From assembly GCA_963765675.1 (NCBI GenBank), contig CAVXXK010000006.1, positions 192,001 through 256,000 of the forward strand: a stretch of 64,000 nt of DNA. Reading direction: 5' to 3'. Below the pieces are notes generated by a model. That model saw nothing but the letters and a program-made list of their open reading frames with translations, was not told where the DNA came from and did not search any database. This DNA is from an uncultured delta proteobacterium (GTDB taxonomy: Bacteria; Desulfobacterota; Binatia; Binatales; Binataceae). A program made the translations under genes and the position numbers. Within the stretch, counting starts at the first letter, position 1; each line of letters starts with the position of its first letter. Of the stretch, positions 12,087 through 21,018 are shown one piece after another.

Positions 12087-13123
12087 TCAGGGTCGCAATC
12101 TCCGGGGCTGGCGCGATCGCCGAGCGTGCGCATATTCCCGCGTTTTTGAGCGCGGGCGATTTCCGGATCGTCGCGCTGCAGAGCCGCACGCTCGAAAAAG
12201 CTCGCCGGGTCGCCGAGACCATTTGGACTGACGCCAATGCGCGGCCCGCGGTCTACGATGATTTCCCGGCGATGCTCGCGCGCGAAAAGCCCGATGCGGT
12301 CGCGATCCTGACTCCAAACCATTTGCACTGCGAATACGCGCTTGCCGCTATCGCCATGGGCGCGCATGTGCTGTGCGAAAAACCGATGGCGCCAAATGCC
12401 GCCGACGCACGGCGAATGGTCGAGGCTGCGCGAGGAGCAGGGCGCGTGCTGATGGTCTCGATGCAAAGGCGCTACGGAGCGATCGAAGCCACGGTCAAGC
12501 GCGCGCTCGATGCCGGTGCGATCGGCAGGCCGCATTTCATCCGCGCACGCCTGTCGCACGCGGGCCCGGAAGGATGGGCGCCGGGGCAGCGATGGTTCAC
12601 CACCGCGAGCCAATCGGGCGGCGGCGCGATGCTCGATCTCGGCGTCCATATTGCCGATCTGGCAATCTGGTATCTCGGCGCGGTCGCGGCGGTCGATGGA
12701 CAAGTCGCTACGCTCGGCAAGCAGATCGACGTCGAGGACACCGGCGTCGCGATTTTGCGCTTCCGCTCGGGCGCGCTCGGAGTGATCGAGGCGAGTTGGA
12801 GCAGCAATCCCGGACTTTCTGCGATCGAGATTTACGGCAGCGCCGGCAGGGTGATGATGGGCTATCCGCGCAACGATATTTCGATCCTGCGCGCCGACGG
12901 CACCGAGGCTCCCGGCTACAGCCGCGCCGAAATCATGGCGGCGTTCAACTCACACGATCTACTGGCGCCGTTTCGCGCGCTCGCGGACAATTTTGCCGAA
13001 GCGATAGCAAGACGCGCCGCACCTTATCCTGACGGCGCCGACGGCCTGCGCGCGGTCGAGGTGATCGACGCCTGCTATCGTTCGGCGCGTATCGGCGCGC
13101 GCGTCGAGTTGCCGCCAGAATGA
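12083..13123 (+). CDS. Gfo/Idh/MocA family oxidoreductase
   Basis: GAGAIA Rossmann motif, HVLCEKPMA, GGGAMLDLGVH. Confidence 0.9.
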   Translation: MIRVAISGAGAIAERAHIPAFLSAGDFRIVALQSRTLEKARRVAETIWTDANARPAVYDDFPAMLAREKPDAVAILTPNHLHCEYALAAIAMGAHVLCEKPMAPNAADARRMVEAARGAGRVLMVSMQRRYGAIEATVKRALDAGAIGRPHFIRARLSHAGPEGWAPGQRWFTTASQSGGGAMLDLGVHIADLAIWYLGAVAAVDGQVATLGKQIDVEDTGVAILRFRSGALGVIEASWSSNPGLSAIEIYGSAGRVMMGYPRNDISILRADGTEAPGYSRAEIMAAFNSHDLLAPFRALADNFAEAIARRAAPYPDGADGLRAVEVIDACYRSARIGARVELPPE

Positions 13124-14271
13124 TCGAGATGATTCGCAAGCAGAAAGCGCCGCGACTTTCCGGCAATGGGAGACCTGGCCCGAGGCTCAATCCGATGTTC
13201 CGCAGTTCGATCGACAAGATGGCGGCGTACACGCCGGGCGAGCAGCCGCGCGCCGGCGAGCGCCTGATCAAGCTCAACACCAACGAGAATCCATACCCGC
13301 CTTCGCCGAAGGTGCGCCGCGCAGTCGAGCGCTCCGCGCGCAACGGGTTGCGGCTCTATCCCGCGCCTCGAGGCGACGAATTTATCGCCGAGGCTGCGCG
13401 CCTCTACCGCGTGCCGCGCGAGATGATCCTCGCCGGCAATGGTTCCGACGAGCTGCTCGCGATGGTCTTCAGGGCCGCGCTCGGCCAGGGCGACAGGGTT
13501 GCCTACCCGGTGCCGACCTATTCGCTGTACGACACGCTCGCCGAGGTCCAGGAGGCGCGGGTGGTGAGGATTCCGTTCGGCGCCGATTTCGCGCTTCCGT
13601 TAAAGGAGCTGGCGCAGGCTCGTGCGCGGCTGACGATCGTCTGCAATCCAAATTCACCCTCGGGAAGCTTCACCCCGATCGCGAAGCTCGGCGCGCTCGC
13701 AAGCGCGCTCGAAGGACGGCTGCTGGTCGTCGATGAGGCCTACGTCGATTTCGCCAGGGATAACGCGCTGCGGCTTTTGCAGCGTCATCCGAACCTGGTG
13801 ATTTTTCGCACGCTGTCGAAATCGTACTCGCTGGCGGGAATGCGCCTGGGCCTGTGCTTCGCGCATCCGCCGGTGATAGATGCGCTGCTCAAGGTCAAAG
13901 ACTCCTACAACCTGAGCCGCATCTCGCTGGCTGCCGGAGCCGCCGCGCTCGGCGACGAGGCCTGGATGCGGCGGAATCTGGAGCGCGTGAAGGCGACGCG
14001 CGCGGAGGCTACGATGCGGTTGCGCAAGCTCGGCTTCGCGGTTGCGCCGTCGGAGGCGAACTTCCTGCTTGCGCGAATTGCGGGGCGCGATCTCGCCCCT
14101 GTCGCGCGTGGACTCAGGCAGGCGGGAATCCTGGTGCGGCATTTCGCGACGCCGATGCTGCGCGACGCGCTCAGGATCTCAATTGGCACTCCGGCCGAGA
14201 TGCGTGCGCTGTTTCGCGCGCTGGCGCCGCTGTTAACAGCAGAGTCCACCGGCGCGCGCCGTCGGCGATGA
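13120..14271 (+). CDS. hisC: histidinol-phosphate aminotransferase
   Basis: KLNTNENPYPP, GNGSDE, NPNSPSG, DEAY, RTLSKSYSLAGMRLG; start may instead be ATG 13195. Confidence 0.9.
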   Translation: MIEMIRKQKAPRLSGNGRPGPRLNPMFRSSIDKMAAYTPGEQPRAGERLIKLNTNENPYPPSPKVRRAVERSARNGLRLYPAPRGDEFIAEAARLYRVPREMILAGNGSDELLAMVFRAALGQGDRVAYPVPTYSLYDTLAEVQEARVVRIPFGADFALPLKELAQARARLTIVCNPNSPSGSFTPIAKLGALASALEGRLLVVDEAYVDFARDNALRLLQRHPNLVIFRTLSKSYSLAGMRLGLCFAHPPVIDALLKVKDSYNLSRISLAAGAAALGDEAWMRRNLERVKATRAEATMRLRKLGFAVAPSEANFLLARIAGRDLAPVARGLRQAGILVRHFATPMLRDALRISIGTPAEMRALFRALAPLLTAESTGARRRR

Positions 14272-14921
14272 GCAAGCTCGGAAAGCTGTTCGGCGGCTTT
14301 CGCAGGCAGAAACGTTCTTCCACCGACGGATCTGAGCAGCCCCGAGCCGCGATCGAATGGGTGGTCGCGGGTCTTGGCAATCCGGGCGGTGACTACGCAC
14401 GCTCGCGCCACAATGTCGGCTTCATGACGCTCGAGCGCCTGGCGCGCGCCAGGAACGTGGAACTCAGCCGCCGGCGCTTCTCGGGCGTCACCGCCGAAAC
14501 CGAGCTCGCCGGCCACCGCGCGATCCTGGTCGAGCCGGAGACGTTCTACAACGCCGCTGGCGAATGCGTCGCCGCCATTCTCGGATACTTTAAAATTCCT
14601 CCGACGAATCTGATCGTCATCCACGACGAGATGGATCTCGAAGCGCAGCGTCTGCGGATCAAGCAGGGCGGCGGCGACGCCGGGAACCGCGGCGTCCGCT
14701 CGATCGCGGAGTCGCTCGGCAGCCCGGATTTTATCCGCGTGCGGATAGGTCTCGGCCGTCCTGCCGAAGGCGACGATCCGCGCGACTACCTGCTGCGTCC
14801 GATGCGCGCGGCCGAGCTCGAGACGTTCGCGAAAGCGCTGGCGCGCGCAGCCGAGGCGGTCGAGGCGATAATCGCAGAGGGACTGGAGCGCGCGATGGGC
14901 CGGTACAATCAACGCGTCTAA
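14268..14921 (+). CDS. pth: peptidyl-tRNA hydrolase
   Basis: GLGNPG..YARSRHNVGF, HDEMDL, GGDAGNRG, RVRIGLGRP. Confidence 0.92.
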   Translation: MSKLGKLFGGFRRQKRSSTDGSEQPRAAIEWVVAGLGNPGGDYARSRHNVGFMTLERLARARNVELSRRRFSGVTAETELAGHRAILVEPETFYNAAGECVAAILGYFKIPPTNLIVIHDEMDLEAQRLRIKQGGGDAGNRGVRSIAESLGSPDFIRVRIGLGRPAEGDDPRDYLLRPMRAAELETFAKALARAAEAVEAIIAEGLERAMGRYNQRV

Positions 14922-14939
14922 ACGGGCAGCCGCCCTCTT

Positions 14940-15045
14940 TGTTTATCTCAACATATTGTAGGAATATTAATATAAGCGGTAAGTTAACTAATAGATATTT
15001 AATATGTCTAAGAGTTGACAGCCATGCTACTCTGCGCTACGTATG
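14940..15045 (+). promoter_or_regulatory. strongly AT-rich upstream region with a TTGACA -35 element
   Basis: About 80 bp AT-rich island in a GC-rich genome; TTGACA at 15015-15020; palindromes ATATTAATAT (14964-14973) and AGTTAACT (14982-14989). Confidence 0.55.
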
Positions 15046-15145
15046 CATCAAAGGGCGAGCCGCCCGGCGATGACGGCCGCCGCGTTCTGGTTCAGATGCC
15101 GCGACGCTTTAGCTGCGCGGCCGCGAACCAGAAAAAGGGGAGCGC

Positions 15146-15592
15146 ATGAATCGCGAATTCAGTCCTCGGTTCAGGTCGGCTGCCGAAGCGCTGCGGTTCT
15201 TTTTCCGGATTAGCGCGTTGCTCTACGGTAATCCTGGCGACACTCACGGATGGCACACGACTCGAAGCGAGCTCGGGCGCCAGCCGGGAGCGCTTGGCGA
15301 TTACTTGCGGATCGGCTCATGCGTCGGCGATCTCAACGAGGTTCAATTCCTGGTGCTGGGCGAATTCTACGGGCCCACCTGTTTTGCGTCGCGGACACAA
15401 CCGGGCGCTTGCGGTATGGGCCGCCGAGTCTTTCGCGAGTTCGCACTTACGCGCCGGCGAGCTGCGACGCTCCAGGTTTTGCGTGCGCGTCTGCGCCAAC
15501 GCCGGTTGGTGACATCGGCTCCTGCTCAGCGACGGGGCCAATTCGCACGTTCGCCTGGAACTTCGCACGGTCCCGATCACGAAAAGCCGTAG
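15146..15592 (+). CDS. hypothetical protein, possibly a degenerate sigma-region-4/ArpU-like regulator
   Basis: 148-aa ORF with a GGGGAG RBS downstream of the AT-rich promoter; atypical codon usage. Confidence 0.5.
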   Translation: MNREFSPRFRSAAEALRFFFRISALLYGNPGDTHGWHTTRSELGRQPGALGDYLRIGSCVGDLNEVQFLVLGEFYGPTCFASRTQPGACGMGRRVFREFALTRRRAATLQVLRARLRQRRLVTSAPAQRRGQFARSPGTSHGPDHEKP

Positions 15593-15686
15593 CGATCGCC
15601 TGAGGCGATCCGCAGTCTGCTCGTGCGTGCGAGGTTTTTGATCGGAACCGGGTTTCCGGTACGCTGATGGTCCGAAGAACAGGACC

Positions 15687-16889
15687 GTGAGCGGAACCGC
15701 GAAAAAGGATACTGGCGACAGCGCCGTGCGCGCGCGCGCACTAGAGTGCGGCACCGTGGAAGTCATTTCTCCGGCCGAACTCGCGGCCAAGCTCGATCTC
15801 GGACGGCCGCTGCGGATAAAGCTCGGAATGGATCCGACCGCGCCGGACCTGCATCTGGGGCACACGCTGACGCTCAAGAAACTGCGCGCCTTCCAGAACG
15901 ACGGCCATACCGTGATTTTCCTCGTCGGTGATTTCACCGCGATGATCGGGGACCCTACCGGTCGTTCGGAGACGCGCAAGCCGCTTAGCCGCGAGGAGAT
16001 TTCGGCCAACGCCGAGACCTACCGCTCGCAGGCATTCAAGATTCTCGATCCCGATCGCACCGAAGTCCGTTTTAACAGCGAATGGATGGGCGAGATGGGC
16101 GTCAGCCGGCTGATCCAGCTCGCGGCCAAGCAGAGCGTGGCGCGGCTGCTCGAGCGCGACGATTTCGAAAACCGGCTCGAAGCGAAAGAGCCGCTCTTTC
16201 TGCACGAATTGCTGTACCCGCTTATCCAGGGTTACGACTCGGTCGCGCTGGGCGCCGATGTTGAGATTGGCGGCACCGATCAGAAATTCAATCTGCTGGT
16301 CGGCCGCGACCTGCAGCGCTCGATGGGCCAGGAACCGCAAGTCGTGATGACGATGCCGCTGCTCGAGGGGCTCGACGGCGTGCGTAAGATGTCCAAGTCA
16401 CTGGGCAACTACGTCGGAATCTCCGAGCCGGCCGACGAGATGTTCGGCAAGCTCATGTCGGTTCCGGATACGCTGATGCTCCGATACTACGAGCTTCTGA
16501 CCGACACGCCGCCCGCCGAGATCGAGAAGATTCGCACCCATGCGATTCATCCGATGGAAGCCAAGAAGCGTCTGGCCGCGTTGATCGTCACCGAGTATCA
16601 CGACGCCGATGCGGCCCGCGCGGCGCGAGAACATTTTGAATCGAAGTTCCAGCGCGGTGAGGTTCCAGAGAATGCGCCGGTGTATCGAATCGCAAACGAC
16701 ATCTGGATCTGCGAGCTGATCAAGCAGATCAAGTTTGCGCCCTCGACCAACGAGGCGCGCCGCCTGCTCGGCCAGGGCGCGGTGCGCGTGGACGGCAAAG
16801 TCATCAGCGATATCAACTTCAGAATTGTTCCGGGCGAGCACAAGGTGCTCGAAGTCGGCAAGCGCCGGGTGGCGAAGATCGAATCGTGA
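15687..16889 (+). CDS. tyrS: tyrosyl-tRNA synthetase
   Basis: [13 protein letters not shown] (HIGH), IGDPTGR, GGTDQ, KMSKS, C-terminal S4 domain. Confidence 0.97.
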   Translation: MSGTAKKDTGDSAVRARALECGTVEVISPAELAAKLDLGRPLRIKLGMDPTAPDLHLGHTLTLKKLRAFQNDGHTVIFLVGDFTAMIGDPTGRSETRKPLSREEISANAETYRSQAFKILDPDRTEVRFNSEWMGEMGVSRLIQLAAKQSVARLLERDDFENRLEAKEPLFLHELLYPLIQGYDSVALGADVEIGGTDQKFNLLVGRDLQRSMGQEPQVVMTMPLLEGLDGVRKMSKSLGNYVGISEPADEMFGKLMSVPDTLMLRYYELLTDTPPAEIEKIRTHAIHPMEAKKRLAALIVTEYHDADAARAAREHFESKFQRGEVPENAPVYRIANDIWICELIKQIKFAPSTNEARRLLGQGAVRVDGKVISDINFRIVPGEHKVLEVGKRRVAKIES

Positions 16890-16910
16890 TTGTGCTGTGA
16901 CGCGCTTCGG

Positions 16911-17174
16911 CTAGTCCTTGCGTTCTGATTCGGCCGCCGCGACTGCTTCGCGCAGCTTTTTCATCGTGCGGTCGAGCGCCTTCAGGTAGCCCTGCTTGGT
17001 CCAGGTCTGCTTGGTCCGCATCTTGAGCCATCCGAGCTTGACCGCGTCGGGCTTGTTGCCCATCTCTCCGGTCGAGACTTCGATGATCGCGCGCTCTTCG
17101 GTCGTAAGCGTGGCAAGAACCTCGCGCTTGAGGTTCTGCAGGAAGCCGGCCTTGAGATCGATGTCGATTTTCAT
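16911..17174 (-). CDS. small basic protein resembling a stand-alone sigma70 region 4
   Basis: 87 aa with clean codon usage; EVLATLTTEERAII...G and ALDRTMKKLRE resemble the RpoD 4.1 and C-terminal helices. Confidence 0.65.
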   Translation of the reverse strand: MKIDIDLKAGFLQNLKREVLATLTTEERAIIEVSTGEMGNKPDAVKLGWLKMRTKQTWTKQGYLKALDRTMKKLREAVAAAESERKD

Positions 17175-17304
17175 TGCGGACCACCGCGAAGTCGTCCTGC
17201 CACAATCTATAAGGCGAGGTTAGACGATGCGCCGCGTGCGCTCAAGCCGTTTTGTTTGCAGGACGCGCGAGAAGAGCGATCTGCGCGGACCGTCGATACG
17301 GCAG

Positions 17305-17354
17305 CGAAAACGCAAACGACGGCGCGCCCCTAGGAAGCCGGCGGCGCGCCGTCG
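17305..17354 (-). terminator. intrinsic terminator of the peptidase-XRE operon
   Basis: 12-bp stem CGACGGCGCGCC/GGCGCGCCGTCG (17317-17354) followed by TTTGCGTTTT on the minus strand. Confidence 0.65.
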
Positions 17355-17363
17355 ACGGTGAGC

Positions 17364-17804
17364 TTAGCTCTCTTCGTCCTCGACCGCCTGGCGGATCGAG
17401 TTCAGGATGAACAGGTACTGCCGCGGCGACGAAACCTTTCCGAGCAGATTGACCTGGTTGAGTACCTTGAGCTCGCGCGAGGTTACGCCGTTGCGCGCCA
17501 GCAGCGCGCGATCGGACGCGAAACGCTTCCACGAGAGGTCGCGATGGTTCGACGGCGCCGCCTCCCGCTCTTTGGTTACGAGCGCGCGCGCCTCGGGATG
17601 GGTCAGCAGGAATAGTCCCTGCTTGTCGAGCCCGAGTGTCTCAGCGATCCGTGACAGAAGTGAAAGGGAAGGGCGGCGGCGGCCGTTCTCCAGATAGGCG
17701 ATATGACTCGCCTTCACTCCCAGTTTGTGCGCGAGCTCGCGTTGCGTTAGCGAGAAAGCCTCGCGCTGCGCCTTGAGTACCTGTCCGAGGGTCTTCTTTT
17801 TCAT
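17364..17804 (-). CDS. XRE-family HTH transcriptional regulator
   Basis: LGQVLKAQRE..SLTQRELAHKLGV..SHIAYLENGRRRPS; ATGA overlap with the upstream peptidase. Confidence 0.92.
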   Translation of the reverse strand: MKKKTLGQVLKAQREAFSLTQRELAHKLGVKASHIAYLENGRRRPSLSLLSRIAETLGLDKQGLFLLTHPEARALVTKEREAAPSNHRDLSWKRFASDRALLARNGVTSRELKVLNQVNLLGKVSSPRQYLFILNSIRQAVEDEES

Positions 17805-18622
17805 AGGTCGTACTCCGCAAGTAATGCCCACCGTAATTTGGCGTAGTGGATCATTCCAGCGAGATAATTTAATCGTTGATGTGCCGGTAATGCGGCGGTG
17901 AAGTCAAGCTCAAAGCGTCCTTCCGCGTGCTTGCGCACGGTCTGAAATTCCTGTTCCGAAAGACGTCCGACCTTGGCTACCAAGCCCCAGTTCCATGGGC
18001 GCACGAAAATCTTTCGCGCCACAGCCGCCGGATATCCGCACAGGCTGACCATCATGTCGGCGGCCAGCTCGATCGGATCGTCGAGATGGTCCGCGTATGC
18101 GGCGTCATAGAAAAAATGCACTCCCTCTTGCGGATCGCCGAATAGCCGCGAGGTCAGGTGGTGTCCTATTTCGTGACAAAAGGTGCTCGATACCGCACCG
18201 GGGTGATGCGCGGTGTTCACATATATGAGCGGCCGTTTCAGCACCTGCTGTCTCTTCTCGACGTAGAAGCCTCGCAGCGCCAGCCCTTCGGGGCCGTCGT
18301 AGGGTGAAGCCTGCAAATGTATCTTCAGGTCGGCGGTCATTTGATACGCACGCCGCTCGAACTGCTGCTGGTGCGCAATGTTCAATTGCGCCCGGTTGAG
18401 ATTGGGCCAGACGCGGCGCGCGCTTGAAATGATCTCAAGAATCATGCCGTACGGAAGATGGCGCCGCAAAGATCGAACGTAGTCGCGGCGAGCGAGTCGA
18501 TCGATATCTCTCGAGGGGTTTCGCCAAGCTTTCAGGTGACTGCGTTCTGCCCCACGGGTGGTGGCAAGAATTTCAGCAGTAAGTTTTGCGATCGCGCTTT
18601 GCGTGGCCGGTTTGTCTTTCAC
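17801..18622 (-). CDS. ImmA/IrrE-family Zn metallopeptidase
   Basis: LRGFY...LIYVN......TFCHEIGH...ELAAD, i.e. HExxH plus the distal ExxAD ligand typical of peptidase M78. Confidence 0.82.
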   Translation of the reverse strand: MKDKPATQSAIAKLTAEILATTRGAERSHLKAWRNPSRDIDRLARRDYVRSLRRHLPYGMILEIISSARRVWPNLNRAQLNIAHQQQFERRAYQMTADLKIHLQASPYDGPEGLALRGFYVEKRQQVLKRPLIYVNTAHHPGAVSSTFCHEIGHHLTSRLFGDPQEGVHFFYDAAYADHLDDPIELAADMMVSLCGYPAAVARKIFVRPWNWGLVAKVGRLSEQEFQTVRKHAEGRFELDFTAALPAHQRLNYLAGMIHYAKLRWALLAEYDL

Positions 18623-18728
18623 GCCTGATAACTCTCATCCACTCGCAGGTTCACCTTAAATTGACTGACGGTGTTGATGCAAACGCGATGTCAACGCCGC
18701 TTAGCGCAGTTGCGTACACATTTAGACT

Positions 18729-18839
18729 ATGTTAAGTGGACTGGTGGTTAGCATAATTGCTGTCGTCATGATGCTTTTGGGCCGCGTGCATCTGCTGCGG
18801 CCCTGTCTGGCGGTGGGTTCGGCAGTGCTGATTGTATAA
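18729..18839 (+). CDS. putative 36-aa hydrophobic peptide
   Basis: ATG...TAA encoding MLSGLVVSIIAVVMMLLGRVHLLRPCLAVGSAVLIV; no clear RBS; followed by a terminator-like hairpin. Confidence 0.3.
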   Translation: MLSGLVVSIIAVVMMLLGRVHLLRPCLAVGSAVLIV

Positions 18840-18870
18840 AAGCCGAGCCGCTCTTCGCGCGGTTTTCCGG

Positions 18871-18907
18871 GGGCGAAGGTGAAGGGGGGCCTTCGCCCGC
18901 TTTTCTT
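18871..18907 (+). terminator. terminator- or attenuator-like hairpin upstream of the GNAT-like gene
   Basis: GGGCGAAGG-N10-CCTTCGCCC followed by GCTTTTCTT. Confidence 0.5.
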
Positions 18908-19035
18908 GCCTGGTCAATTCCATCCGTCGATTCCGCTCTGCGTTGCCGTGAGCGGCGCGCGCACTTCCTCGCTCCCTCCCACTGTTCTCTACGGAACAAC
19001 CGGGGAATTTTCCCCGTATAGGAGGAAGAACTGCT

Positions 19036-19749
19036 ATGGAACTGCGTCTGATGAAATCGGAGACGGAGCGGCGCATCTTCGGACAACGGATGGACGAGGC
19101 GCGAGCCAGACACGGCGTCGGGTTCAAGGAAACCTCGCGCTCTGCGCTCGGAAGGGTGCACATGGCCTTCGGCGAATTGTATGCGCTGTTCGAAAAGGAG
19201 AATGAGCCGATAGAGCGCGCGATGTCCGGATTTGCGATGCACGACCTCGAAACATTCCCGCAGAGTTACCCGAAGCCCGACCTGACTCACTACCCGGCGT
19301 GGTCGGTGATCGAATGCGGCGAGCTGTGGTCGTTCTCCAAGGGCGCCGGAATCCTGGCGCGGCGTGGCGCGGCGATTATCGGCGGCCTTCGGATGGCGCG
19401 AGCGATGCTCGTCTATCCAATCGTAAGGCCGTGGGACGGCACGATCTCTTACACCCAGACCCGTTTCACCAAACCCTGCGAGCCGGTGGCATTTCCTTAC
19501 GGTGTTTCGACCACCGGTGAAGCAATCTGGGTGCAGCCGATGGTCCTTGAGGGGGAGGCTCTTCAAAACCTGACTCGCAAGGTGTTTGCGCTCGGATTCG
19601 AGACCCAGAAGGATCACTCGATCCTGCGTTTTGAAAATCCAATCGCGCTCAAGCCATCGCTCGACCATCCGGCCTTCGATTTCACCGCTCCTCAGGCTGC
19701 TGTGTCCTCAAACGGTCATGGTGAGATGAATGGAAACGCGCACGCCTGA
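19036..19749 (+). CDS. uncharacterised protein with a probable GNAT fold of the LuxI/FeeM (N-acyl synthase) type
   Basis: Strong AGGAGG RBS; strand/helix order MELRLM, helix, LYALFE, SGFAMH, VIECGELWS, helix, AMLVYP, F...EPV, WVQPMVL mirrors acyl-homoserine-lactone and N-acyl amino acid synthases. Confidence 0.6.
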   Translation: MELRLMKSETERRIFGQRMDEARARHGVGFKETSRSALGRVHMAFGELYALFEKENEPIERAMSGFAMHDLETFPQSYPKPDLTHYPAWSVIECGELWSFSKGAGILARRGAAIIGGLRMARAMLVYPIVRPWDGTISYTQTRFTKPCEPVAFPYGVSTTGEAIWVQPMVLEGEALQNLTRKVFALGFETQKDHSILRFENPIALKPSLDHPAFDFTAPQAAVSSNGHGEMNGNAHA

Positions 19750-19770
19750 CGCGCCCAATCCGTAGGTAGT

Positions 19771-19819
19771 AAAAGAGACGGGCGCGGCATCCTTCAAGGC
19801 TGCCGCGCCCGTCGATTTT
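19771..19819. terminator. bidirectional intrinsic terminator
   Basis: 13-bp stem GACGGGCGCGGCA/TGCCGCGCCCGTC (19777-19813) flanked by AAAA and TTTT between convergent genes. Confidence 0.8.
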
Positions 19820-19839
19820 GAAAGCAAAGGAAAGCGCGG

Positions 19840-20310
19840 CTATCCGCGGCCTGGCGGCGGCACCTGCGGCTTATGGCATCCGCCGCCAGCGACGCAATTC
19901 AATCCGGCGCCCAGATAGATCAGTCCCGCGCGAATCGGAAAGAATGCATAGTTGAGCGGAGTGTCGATCGGGTCAAAGGGAGTCGGCGGCTGGTTCGCCT
20001 CTTCGATTTTCTGCTTGGTCGCTTCTGCCGGCTCGATATGCTGGATGGTGGCGACGCGATTGTTCGCGCCGAAGATTGCGACCTGGCCCGAATCAAGCCA
20101 CACGTAGCGCAACACCGTGGCGCCCGGATGATTCGGATCGGCGATCGAGTCCTTCAAGTCGGGCTGGCCCATCGCGTCCGTCGCCTGATCCGGGGTCATC
20201 CCGGCTGCAAGGGCGGAGTTGCCCGAACTCGCGCTGGTGGAACATGACGCGGCCGCGAACGCGAGCATCAGGATCAGAACTGGCGCAATATTGCCTATGC
20301 GACGCAACAT
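19840..20310 (-). CDS. putative lipoprotein (SmpA/BamE-like fold)
   Basis: Signal peptide with lipobox AASC; GMTPDQATDAMGQPD motif. Confidence 0.65.
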   Translation of the reverse strand: MLRRIGNIAPVLILMLAFAAASCSTSASSGNSALAAGMTPDQATDAMGQPDLKDSIADPNHPGATVLRYVWLDSGQVAIFGANNRVATIQHIEPAEATKQKIEEANQPPTPFDPIDTPLNYAFFPIRAGLIYLGAGLNCVAGGGCHKPQVPPPGRG

Positions 20311-20400
20311 CAATTCACTCTCCCCAGCTAGAAGCTTGGAGCTAACATACCCCATATGCCGCGGCAACCACGAATTATTGCGGGCTCGAGCGCCGCAGCC

Positions 20401-20739
20401 GTGAGAGATTCTTCTTCCGGGCGTCTTTTCGTGTATGGAACGTTGATCGAGCCCGCCGAACGGGCCCGTCTATTGCGGCGGGAAATCGCTGCCGTGCCTG
20501 CTACCCTGAACGGCTTCGAGCGTGGCCGATCGCGCCATTTCTACGTCATCCCCAAGGCTGACGCGGAAGTAGAGGGAGCAATTCTGCGCGGACTTAAGCC
20601 GCGCGACTTTGCGATCCTCGACCAGTACGAAGACGTGCCGAGGCTCTACACTCGCGAGATGATCGAGATCGCGCAGGATGCGGATCACGCGCTGCGATGC
20701 TGGATATATCTGCCTACGGGATGGGAGAGGAGCGGCTGA
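20401..20739 (+). CDS. gamma-glutamylcyclotransferase (AIG2-like) family protein
   Basis: LFVYGTL, LDQYE..Y.R, WIY. Confidence 0.85.
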   Translation: MRDSSSGRLFVYGTLIEPAERARLLRREIAAVPATLNGFERGRSRHFYVIPKADAEVEGAILRGLKPRDFAILDQYEDVPRLYTREMIEIAQDADHALRCWIYLPTGWERSG

Positions 20740-20757
20740 CTGGCGCCGGCGATGCGC

Positions 20758-20949
20758 TCAGTCGTAAGGATGAAACAGCTCCTCGAACTCGCGGGCGACC
20801 GATCGCAGCGGAATCTGCATCGAAAATTCGCGTCGCGAGAACCAGGGTAAGAAGATCGCGAAGCGGCGCAGGCTGCCGGTTTTCGAGCGGCTGTCCCGCT
20901 TGGTTCGGGTTTCGTAATCAACGGCTGGCTTCAGCTGCGACAATTCCAT
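20758..20949 (-). CDS. 63-aa hypothetical protein
   Basis: MELSQLKPAVDY...EFEELFHPYD; GGGGAG RBS; sigma54 promoter upstream. Confidence 0.5.
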   Translation of the reverse strand: MELSQLKPAVDYETRTKRDSRSKTGSLRRFAIFLPWFSRREFSMQIPLRSVAREFEELFHPYD

Positions 20950-21001
20950 CGGCGTTCTCGCTCCCCGGCGTTTCGCGATAGATACTGGTGCAGGTCTGAT
21001 G

Positions 21002-21018
21002 AGCAAGGCTCATGCCCG
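21002..21018 (-). promoter_or_regulatory. sigma54 (-24/-12) promoter
   Basis: Minus strand reads CGGGCATGAGCCTTGCT = GG-N10-GC, matching TGGCACG-N4-TTGCW; adjacent to a sigma54 activator gene. Confidence 0.65.

Noticed and set aside
14940-15010. Possible oriC DNA-unwinding element
   Set aside because: No DnaA boxes (TTATCCACA-like) or dnaA nearby; better explained as a promoter region
15689-15702. T-box-like sequence (AGCGGAACCGCG) at tyrS
   Set aside because: Lacks the invariant UGGN bulge, lies inside the likely coding start, and has no stem I or terminator
17364-18622. Prophage or ICE immunity region
   Set aside because: No integrase, att/tRNA site, replication or structural genes in the window
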